From contig CAZBWV010000038.1 of the NCBI GenBank assembly GCA_964495805.1, forward strand, positions 14,676-78,675: a stretch of DNA of 64,000 nt, in the 5' to 3' direction. How positions within the stretch are numbered: the first letter of the stretch is position 1; every line of letters begins with the position of its first letter. Origin of the DNA: an uncultured Calditrichaceae bacterium. Lineage in GTDB: Bacteria > Calditrichota > Calditrichia > RBG-13-44-9. The notes below the pieces were generated by a model that worked only from the letters and a program-made list of their open reading frames with translations, did no database searches and had not been told where the DNA came from. This document shows, piece by piece, positions 9,898 to 17,495 of the stretch. A program made the position numbers and the translations under genes.

Positions 9898-10026
9898 GAT
9901 TCTTTCTCCATATATTTATTTTGATTTCACCCGTGGTCTGCTTCGCATAGCTTCCCGAAACCGGGAACTGAGCAGACCCCACAGGTTTGGTTTTTTAGCC
10001 ACTGAATTGGAACAAACCGTACCGAT

Positions 10027-10707
10027 TTACACAGCTACTTCGCCAGAAATGGCACGATTGGCGGACTGGCGGATGTCATTCATTGCCTGGACAATATCCG
10101 GAGCACGGAAGATGGCACTTCCGGCTACCAGCACATTGGCTCCACTGCGCGCCACCTCCGCTGCCGTCTCGGGATTCACCCCACCGTCCACTTCCAGATA
10201 AATGTCTCGACCCACTTCCTGAATCATCCGGCGGGCGCGTGCAATTTTATTCAGCCCCTGCCGAATGAATTTCTGTCCCCCAAAACCGGGATTCACGGTC
10301 ATAATTAACAGCAGGTCCATGTCCTCCAATACGTCCTCGATGGTGCTCAGGGAAGTAGCGGGATTCAGGGAAACGCCGGCTTTAATCCCGTGCTGATGAA
10401 TGTTCTGGATGGTACGGTGCAAATGGGTACAGGCCTCCTGATGCACGGTCAGGATGTCGGCGCCCGCTTCCACATAATCGTCGATGTACAAATCGGGATT
10501 GGAAATCATCAGGTGCACGTCCAGCGGAATATCTACAATCCGTTTGATGGTTTTCACCATATTGGGACCAAAGGTCAAATTGGGAACAAAATGCCCGTCC
10601 ATTACATCGATGTGAATAAAATCGGCGCCGTTTTCCGCCACCCGGCGAACCTGCTCTTCCAGCTTCAGTAAATCTGCCGATAGAATTGAGGGTGCGATGA
10701 GAACCAT
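10027..10707 (-). CDS. rpe: Ribulose-phosphate 3-epimerase
   Basis: IAPSILSAD, HIDVMDGHFVPNLTFG, MTVNPGFGGQ, EVDGG, LVAGSAIF. Confidence 0.97.
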   Translation of the reverse strand: MVLIAPSILSADLLKLEEQVRRVAENGADFIHIDVMDGHFVPNLTFGPNMVKTIKRIVDIPLDVHLMISNPDLYIDDYVEAGADILTVHQEACTHLHRTIQNIHQHGIKAGVSLNPATSLSTIEDVLEDMDLLLIMTVNPGFGGQKFIRQGLNKIARARRMIQEVGRDIYLEVDGGVNPETAAEVARSGANVLVAGSAIFRAPDIVQAMNDIRQSANRAISGEVAV

Positions 10708-10751
10708 AATTGCCTCTTTTTCTGGTTAAGTGATCTGGTTGCGTGCCAGGA

Positions 10752-10808
10752 AACCAACCCGATGGAATCGGGAACCCTGACAATTCCCGATTCCACCATC
10801 GGGAGGTT
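10752..10808 (-). other. Long intergenic hairpin immediately after the fba stop codon
   Basis: ggaatcgggaa (10764-10774) pairs with ttcccgattcc (10784-10794), and cccgatgg (10758-10765) pairs with ccatcggg (10796-10803). Confidence 0.65.
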
Positions 10809-10809
10809 A

Positions 10810-11733
10810 TTATGCTTTGTTGGAACTTCCCAGCACATTGCGAATCTTGTGTTGTACCATTGCTTTCACCGCATCGCGGGCGGGTCCCAGATACTTACGC
10901 GGATCGAAATTTTCCGGATGTTCCCACAGTTCCTTCCGCACCGTAGCGGTAATTGCCAGACGAATATCCGTATCGATATTAATTTTGCACACGCCGTATT
11001 TGGCCGCCTCGCGGAGCATCTCTTCCGGCACACCGCGGGCACCACCAATCTTACCACCGTACTTGTTCGCCATCTCCACAAATTCCTGCGGAACCGAAGA
11101 GGCGCCGTGCAACACCAGCGGATATCCCGGCAGCAGTTCGGTAATCTTTTTCAGTCGCTCAAAATCCAGCTTCGGTTCACCGGAAAACTTGTACGCACCA
11201 TGACTGGTACCAATGGCAATCGCCAGCGAATCACATCCGGTTCGCTGAACAAATTCCACGGCCTGATCGGGATCGGTAAATACACTCTTCTCCGCCACGA
11301 CGTGTTCCTCGATTCCGGCTAATTGTCCCAGCTCCGCTTCGACCCATACACCTCGTTCGTGGGCATAATCCACCACTTTTTTGGTAATGGCAATATTTTC
11401 CTCGTAGGGCAAATGTGAACCGTCAATCATCACCGAAGTAAATCCACCGTCAATCACTTCCTTACAGATTTCGAAATTGGCGCCGTGGTCCAGATGCAGT
11501 ACAACCGGTACGTTGCTCTCTTCCACCGCTGCTTCCACCATTTTAATAATGTAGTTATGGCCGGCATATTTACGGGCACCGGCGGAAATCTGCAGAATCA
11601 CCGGCGAACGCTCTTCCTCAGCTGCCCACATAATTCCCTGCAAAATCTCCATGTTGTTCACGTTAAAGGCGCCAATGGCATACTTCCCTTCGTACGCTTT
11701 GGGAAAAATCTCTTTGGGTGTAGTTAATGGCAT
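10810..11733 (-). CDS. fba: Class II fructose-bisphosphate aldolase
   Basis: GAFNVNN, LHLDHG, SVMIDGS, EAELG, AIGTSHG, LVLHGASS, KINIDTD; start set at ATG 11733 after an AGGAGG RBS. Confidence 0.96.
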   Translation of the reverse strand: MPLTTPKEIFPKAYEGKYAIGAFNVNNMEILQGIMWAAEEERSPVILQISAGARKYAGHNYIIKMVEAAVEESNVPVVLHLDHGANFEICKEVIDGGFTSVMIDGSHLPYEENIAITKKVVDYAHERGVWVEAELGQLAGIEEHVVAEKSVFTDPDQAVEFVQRTGCDSLAIAIGTSHGAYKFSGEPKLDFERLKKITELLPGYPLVLHGASSVPQEFVEMANKYGGKIGGARGVPEEMLREAAKYGVCKINIDTDIRLAITATVRKELWEHPENFDPRKYLGPARDAVKAMVQHKIRNVLGSSNKA

Positions 11734-11815
11734 GTTCAGCAACCTCCTTCTTTCTAATTTTTTGATATCATTATTGATTAAGAATTATTTCGTCAAATTT
11801 TCACCCATTCTGTCC

Positions 11816-13831
11816 TCAGGCTTTTTGTTCCTTATACTGCTGGTACTTTTCCCGAATCAACGGGACCAGATGCTGGGGGGTGAATCCGTACGCTTCTTCC
11901 AGCTTCTGATAGGGTGCGGAATTGCCGAACCGGTTCAGACCGTACACAAAACCGTGGCACCCGGTGTATTTTTCCCACCCAAAAGTCACCCCTGCTTCGA
12001 TGGCCACACGAAATTCCACCTCCCCGGGGAGTACTTTCTCCCGGTATTCCCGGGGTTGCTCGTCAAACAGTTCGGTGGAGGGCAGGCTTACCACACGTAC
12101 TTTGAACTCCTGTTCCAGTTCGCGGGCAATCTTCAGAGCCAGATGGACTTCCGAACCGGTAGCGATGAGAATCATATCCGGTGTTTCCTGCTCGTTACCG
12201 TAAATAATGTACCCACCGCGTCGCACTCCTTCAGCGGAAGCAAGACGGGAACGATCCAGAACGGGAAGTTTTTGCCGGGTCAGGATGAGTGCAGTGGGAC
12301 GCTTCGTCTCTTCCATCGCCATTTGCATGGCGACTGCGGTTTCCGTGGCGTCTGCGGGACGCATTACAATGAAGTTGGGAATTGCCCGCAAAGATGCCAA
12401 ATGTTCCACGGGCTGGTGTGTGGGACCATCCTCACCCACATAGAAGGAATCGTGTGTGAACACATGCAAAACCGGGACATGCTGCATGGCACTTAACCGC
12501 AAAGCAGGACGCTCGTAATCGGCAAACACCAGGAAGGTGGCACCAAACGGGCGCAATCCGCCGTGTAGTGCCATTCCGTTCAGTAACGCACCCATGGGGA
12601 ACTCCCGCACACCAAAAGCAAAGTTACGTCCGGCGGGATTGTCAGGGGAGAAGTCACCCACTTTTTCCATAAAGGCACGGGTGGCGTTGGACGGTTCCAG
12701 GTCGGCTGAGCCACCCACCAGATGCGGTAACTGATCGGCCAGCGCTGCCAGCACTTTACCGAACGCCGCACGGGTAGCGATGGAATCGCCAGCGTTGAAT
12801 TCGGGCAGGTCAAACTTTTCCGGTAATTTGCCCTCTCCCACAAATTCCCACAATTTTTGAAACTGTGTATCGCCTTTTAATTTTTCCTGTAAACGCTTAT
12901 TCCATTCCGCTTCTGCCTGGCGAAGTTGATCGAAGCGGGAACGGAAGTAATCCACCACATCATCCGGTAAATAAAACGTTTTGTCGGGAGGTAATCCTAA
13001 TTTCTCTTTGGTTGCGGCAATTTCTTCCGGTGGAAGGGGGGCACCATGGGTTTCGTGGTCACCTTCGCGGGTAGCCGCACCCTTGGCCATTACCGTATCC
13101 CCGATAATCAGACTGGGTTTATCGGTAACCTGTTGGGCGGCCAGAATGGCGGCACGAATTTGTTCGTGATTGTGCCCGTCAATTTCCTGCACATGCCACT
13201 GGAATCCACGAAACACTTCGGCAATGTCGGTACTGTCCGCCCGTGTGGTGGGACCGGATATCTGAATTCGATTTCGATCGTAAAACATAATCATTTTCCC
13301 GATTTTCAGATGTCCCAGGATTGCCGAAGCGCCCAATGCCACCGGTTCCTGCAAATCGCCATCCCCGGCCAGCACATACGTGTAATGATTCATGATGTCT
13401 TCGCCCAGCATGGTGCGCAGCAGCACCTCGGCAATGGCCATACCGCCACCCATACCCACACCCTGCCCCAGCGGACCGGAAGTGGCTTCCACCCCGGGGG
13501 TCAAATCCGCTTCCGGATGACCGGGGGTTAAGCTGCCAAACTGACGAAATTCTTTTAAATCGTCTAACTTTAAATAACCGATCAGGGTGAGCAGGGAATA
13601 AAGTAGCATGGACTCGTGACCGGCAGAAAGCACAAAACGATCGCGATTAAACCAATCCGGATTCTCCGGGCTAAAACGAAGAAATTCCTTGAATACCACA
13701 TACGCCATATCAGCAGAGGACATGGCTCCACCAGGATGCCCTGAATTCGCTTTGCGGGTGGCATCCAGAATAAGTCCCTTGATAACCGCAACAACTTTCT
13801 GATCCATGGAAGCATTGGATTGTGTACTCAT
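11816..13831 (-). CDS. tkt: Transketolase
   Basis: SGHPG, DRFVLSAGH, TPGHPE, GPLGQG, GDGDLQE, THDSFYVGEDGPTHQP; probable start MSTQSN at 13831 (track starts at 13939). Confidence 0.96.
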   Translation of the reverse strand: MSTQSNASMDQKVVAVIKGLILDATRKANSGHPGGAMSSADMAYVVFKEFLRFSPENPDWFNRDRFVLSAGHESMLLYSLLTLIGYLKLDDLKEFRQFGSLTPGHPEADLTPGVEATSGPLGQGVGMGGGMAIAEVLLRTMLGEDIMNHYTYVLAGDGDLQEPVALGASAILGHLKIGKMIMFYDRNRIQISGPTTRADSTDIAEVFRGFQWHVQEIDGHNHEQIRAAILAAQQVTDKPSLIIGDTVMAKGAATREGDHETHGAPLPPEEIAATKEKLGLPPDKTFYLPDDVVDYFRSRFDQLRQAEAEWNKRLQEKLKGDTQFQKLWEFVGEGKLPEKFDLPEFNAGDSIATRAAFGKVLAALADQLPHLVGGSADLEPSNATRAFMEKVGDFSPDNPAGRNFAFGVREFPMGALLNGMALHGGLRPFGATFLVFADYERPALRLSAMQHVPVLHVFTHDSFYVGEDGPTHQPVEHLASLRAIPNFIVMRPADATETAVAMQMAMEETKRPTALILTRQKLPVLDRSRLASAEGVRRGGYIIYGNEQETPDMILIATGSEVHLALKIARELEQEFKVRVVSLPSTELFDEQPREYREKVLPGEVEFRVAIEAGVTFGWEKYTGCHGFVYGLNRFGNSAPYQKLEEAYGFTPQHLVPLIREKYQQYKEQKA

Positions 13832-13876
13832 GTTCGAACCTTTTGTTTTGGGTTTAACAAATGATGCTTTATTTGA

Positions 13877-13893
13877 TACAACCTTTATGCCAG
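13877..13893 (-). promoter_or_regulatory. Candidate sigma54 -24/-12 promoter for the cbb operon
   Basis: Minus strand CTGGCATAAAGGTTGTA versus consensus YTGGCACGrNNNTTGCW; GG-N10-G spacing is exact; -12 dinucleotide is GT rather than GC; about 45 nt upstream of the tkt ATG. Confidence 0.6.
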
Positions 13894-13982
13894 ATAGACA
13901 TGGGAACGATAAAAACACCGTTAAGCCGTATAGAAACAAATGGATGACGGTAATTTGCAGCGATCGGAAGAATCACACAGCT

Positions 13983-14010
13983 TGTGCCACACATGGCACA
14001 CCTGTGCCAT
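13983..14010. promoter_or_regulatory. Triple alternating half-site array (candidate activator binding site)
   Basis: GTGCCA 13984-13989, TGGCAC 13994-13999, GTGCCA 14004-14009, forming two overlapping palindromes at a 10-bp period. Confidence 0.65.
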
Positions 14011-14772
14011 GTATTTTTCTCCCCCTATAAAATCTGTCAAACCCTTCAAGGAGGAATTGTGTGAAGCGGCGATACTCGAAATGAATTAAATTTTTGCCCG
14101 AATATATGGTAGTTGTGTATAGTGGTCACGCTCAAAACAAGATTTTAATTTAATAATTGTTACATTGACAAAAAATAGATTGCATTTGGCCGACTTTCAT
14201 AAAATTAGATTTGACCCAGGAAACTTAGAAAAAACAAAAAGGTCATCATTAGAAATCAAAATATTAGATTGAATTCGTGTACCGGTCAAGTGGATTTTAG
14301 AGAAAACGAAATTCATCAAAAAGTTAAAATATGTACAAATGTGCGAACTCCATTTGCCCACGGTAAGGCGCCTTTGAGATTCAGCAATCCGTTAAACTTC
14401 TGAATGTCTTTCCGACCGAAGGAAGGTCACGTCCAGCGTTTTGTTCTCCACCGTGGCGTTGTCCCACATAGCTTCCGATGATGATGTGCCGGACACACGG
14501 GTCAACGGAATCATCCGCCATGCGATCTCAGGTGTCCTGATTGTAGCGAAAATTTTACATTTCCTTGCTTCGTGGATAGCTTATTGTGGCAAATCCAGTG
14601 TTTGTTTGTACAAATCAAAATACCATTGTTTCCGGTCAATTACATTTCACCACCTAACAATCCTGAGGATATATGCCATCATCGGGTATGGCTTTCCATT
14701 TTTTCCAGTTCTGCCCGGGTGTGTTTTTTGCAATCAGGTTTTTCTGCAAAAGGATTCAGTGGGTTAAAGCGG

Positions 14773-16104
14773 TTACAAGCCGTATTTTTTCATCAACCGA
14801 TAGAAGGTTCGGCGGGGAATCCCGGAAATCCGGGACGCTTCGCTGATGTTCCCACCCGCCCGGTGAATGTACTCGATCAGCGCCTGTTTTTCGTATTTTT
14901 CCATTAACCGGGAACGCTGACGCCGAAAGTCTCCGTCCGCTCGTACGTCCGGTTCCAGAGGGGCAAAAGTAATGGAAAGGTGTTCCGGTAAAATGGTGTC
15001 GCCCGTGCACAAAATGACCGCCCGTTCAATTACGTTTTCCAGTTCTCGCACGTTGCCGGGCCAGTGGTAATTTTTCAGAATCTCCAGCGCCTGATCGGAA
15101 ATCTTTTCCACCCGTTTGTTGAGCTTTTCCTCCGCGCGGGTCAAAAAGTGATAGGCCAGATAGGGAATATCCACCTTCCGTTCGCGTAGCGGGGGTAAAA
15201 AAATGGTAAACGTGTTAAACCGGTAAAACAGGTCTTTGCGAAACTGCCCCTGTTCAATGGCTTCTTCCAGATTTCGGTTGGTGGCAGCGATGATGCGTAC
15301 CTTCACATATTTCACTTCCGAAGAACCGACCGGCCGAATCTCTCCGGTTTGCAAGAACCGCAGGAGCTTCGCCTGTAAACTTAACTCCATGTCTCCGATT
15401 TCGTCCAAAAAGATGGTGCCTCCGTGGGCTTCTTCCAACAACCCTTTGCGGTCCTGTTCGGCACCGGTAAAAGCGCCCTTTTTGTACCCAAACAGTTCGC
15501 TTTCCATCAGCGAAGCGGTTAAAGCGGTGCAGTTCAGGGAAATGAATGGTTTGTCCCGCAAATGGCTGGCCTGATGGATAGCCCGGGCAACCATCTCCTT
15601 TCCGGTACCGGTCTCACCCCGCAGCAGAACTGTGGTGGGAGTCGGTGCGACACGCTTTACCAGTTCCATCACACTCTGCATCTGAGGCGACTTGGCTACC
15701 ATCCAGCGTGCATCGGGTAAATGCTGCTCCAGTTCCCGCTGAACGGTTAAATACCGCTCCCGGTACTCCTCCTTCTGCTTGCATTTTTCCACCAGCGCCC
15801 ACATAAAATGCGCGCTCTTCCCGTCGATGATTTCACACTGTTCCGATTTACACCGGTGTAACTGACGGGTTACTTCCCGGTCGCCGGTTACATTGACTGC
15901 AATATCCAGCCGGGGGTCGGCACAATAGGGTGCCCAGTGCCGTGCTACCGGAATATCGTGCTCCTGCGCAAAGCGAATGCCCGGTGCCTTCAGATTCTTA
16001 TCCACCACCGCCAGAATTTCCACTTCGGGCAGTTCTTGCAACAATTCCAGCAAATGCAAGCCGCCTTTCCCGGCTCCGACAACCAGTATGGTAATTGAGG
16101 ACAT
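14773..16104 (-). CDS. Sigma54-dependent transcriptional activator (bEBP) with N-terminal Rossmann-like domain and Fis-type HTH
   Basis: N-terminal ILVVGAGKGG...LAVVD; AAA+ motifs GETGTGKE, ELFGYKKGAFTGA, FLDEIG, AATNR, WPGNVREL; HTH GGNISEASRISGIPRRTFYRLMKKY. Confidence 0.95.
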   Translation of the reverse strand: MSSITILVVGAGKGGLHLLELLQELPEVEILAVVDKNLKAPGIRFAQEHDIPVARHWAPYCADPRLDIAVNVTGDREVTRQLHRCKSEQCEIIDGKSAHFMWALVEKCKQKEEYRERYLTVQRELEQHLPDARWMVAKSPQMQSVMELVKRVAPTPTTVLLRGETGTGKEMVARAIHQASHLRDKPFISLNCTALTASLMESELFGYKKGAFTGAEQDRKGLLEEAHGGTIFLDEIGDMELSLQAKLLRFLQTGEIRPVGSSEVKYVKVRIIAATNRNLEEAIEQGQFRKDLFYRFNTFTIFLPPLRERKVDIPYLAYHFLTRAEEKLNKRVEKISDQALEILKNYHWPGNVRELENVIERAVILCTGDTILPEHLSITFAPLEPDVRADGDFRRQRSRLMEKYEKQALIEYIHRAGGNISEASRISGIPRRTFYRLMKKYGL

Positions 16105-16208
16105 AAGCTTCGTTCTTCTAAGAATTTATCCAAACAAATTTAACGAATTTTCTGACAAAAGCCAACTCAACGAAGGGAAAAGGGGGAAGAAACTCAATCC
16201 GGGTTGTT

Positions 16209-17495
16209 CTAACGCCCTTCCCCGGTTTTAATTAATGAATAACGGAAAAGTACCGGTCCGACAATTTGATTCATCGCCACCGAAGCAATCACCAGCGTGC
16301 GGATGCTGGTTCCCACCACTCCGGGGAAGGTGGTACTGACCAGGCTCACCAGTCCCAGGGTAAGGCCCGCCTGCCCCACAAACCCCATCCAGCCAAGCTT
16401 CTGCACCTCCGCTGTGGAGCCGGTGAGCCGCCCTCCCACATAGGTTCCGGCAAAGGTGGTGACCATGCGCAATACCACTATGGTAATCGCCAGAGATAAA
16501 TTTCCGTAGAACACAGGCAAATCCAGCGATGCACCGGCGATAGCAAAGAAGGTTACGTAGATGGGTAGCGAACCTTTCTCGATGGCTTCAATCAGCTGAT
16601 GCCCCTCGTCGCTGAAATTCTGTACCAGAAAGCCTGCCACCATAAACATCAGCACCAATTCCACGTGCAGCATCACCGACACATCGATACCGAACAGAAC
16701 GAACCCCAACAAAAATAGCGCAGTTTGCGTGCGCACATATTTCAAATAGAGCAGAATCAGCGCACCCGCCGCCGCCCCTACCACCATGGAGAGGAACAGT
16801 TCCCACAATACTTCCAGGATGTAATGAAAATGCAGCATTTCGCCGGGCACGATCAGCGGCCGGGCAACGGAAAGTGCCACGGAAAAGAGCAACACTACCA
16901 CAATATCTTTAAAGATGGTGACTCCCAGCACAAAATCAGTGAAATTGCCCCGGGCATTGGTTTCGGTGATAATGGCAATGGTGGTTGCCGGAGAGGTTGC
17001 CACAGCCAGCGAACCGATAATCAGTGCAATTCCCAGCAAAATGGAAGTGGACGAATGCTCCAGAAATGAGACCTGCCCCCCCAGAAAAACAAAGAAAAGA
17101 ATAAATCCGGGCAGCACAAATAGTATCTGAAACAGGATAACGAAATTAATGGTTTTAAATTGCCGTCGCATGGTGCGGTACCGAAATTCACCACCTGCAG
17201 TCAGAGCAATGAGTCCCAGCGCAATTTTATCGATGAGCTGAAGATTCAAGACACTTTGTTCGGAGATGGTGCCCAGTACAAACGGTCCGAACACAATACC
17301 GGCCAGCAAATATCCGGTGATTTGCGGCAGATTAAACCGAAGGGCGATTTTACCGAAAAGGAAAGCCACCAGCAGCACGAAGCCAAGTGCCAGCATACTC
17401 TCGGGCATGGTGTTGTTTCGCTCCGCCAGCGGTAAATGCAGCAATCCCCACATCAGCACCGAGAACAATCCCAGAAAAACGAGAATCCGTTTCAT
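16209..17495 (-). CDS. Cation:proton antiporter family protein (CPA2-like)
   Basis: About 12 TM segments; LPQITGYLLAGIVFGP, ATSPATT, GVTIFKD, FFAIAGASL. Confidence 0.85.
   Translation of the reverse strand: MKRILVFLGLFSVLMWGLLHLPLAERNNTMPESMLALGFVLLVAFLFGKIALRFNLPQITGYLLAGIVFGPFVLGTISEQSVLNLQLIDKIALGLIALTAGGEFRYRTMRRQFKTINFVILFQILFVLPGFILFFVFLGGQVSFLEHSSTSILLGIALIIGSLAVATSPATTIAIITETNARGNFTDFVLGVTIFKDIVVVLLFSVALSVARPLIVPGEMLHFHYILEVLWELFLSMVVGAAAGALILLYLKYVRTQTALFLLGFVLFGIDVSVMLHVELVLMFMVAGFLVQNFSDEGHQLIEAIEKGSLPIYVTFFAIAGASLDLPVFYGNLSLAITIVVLRMVTTFAGTYVGGRLTGSTAEVQKLGWMGFVGQAGLTLGLVSLVSTTFPGVVGTSIRTLVIASVAMNQIVGPVLFRYSLIKTGEGR

Noticed and set aside
13994-14009. TGGCAC...TGC read as a sigma54 promoter itself
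   Set aside because: The GG-to-GC spacing is 9 nt rather than the required 10 on both strands; treated as a binding-site array instead.
14012-14040. Sigma70 promoter from the perfect TTGACA (minus strand, 14035-14040)
   Set aside because: The hexamer 17 nt downstream (AAAATA) is a poor -10 element; not supportable, but kept as an alternative to test by TSS mapping.
14392-14514. 40-aa mini-ORF with a faint resemblance to dodecin
   Set aside because: Too short, similarity too weak and no RBS.
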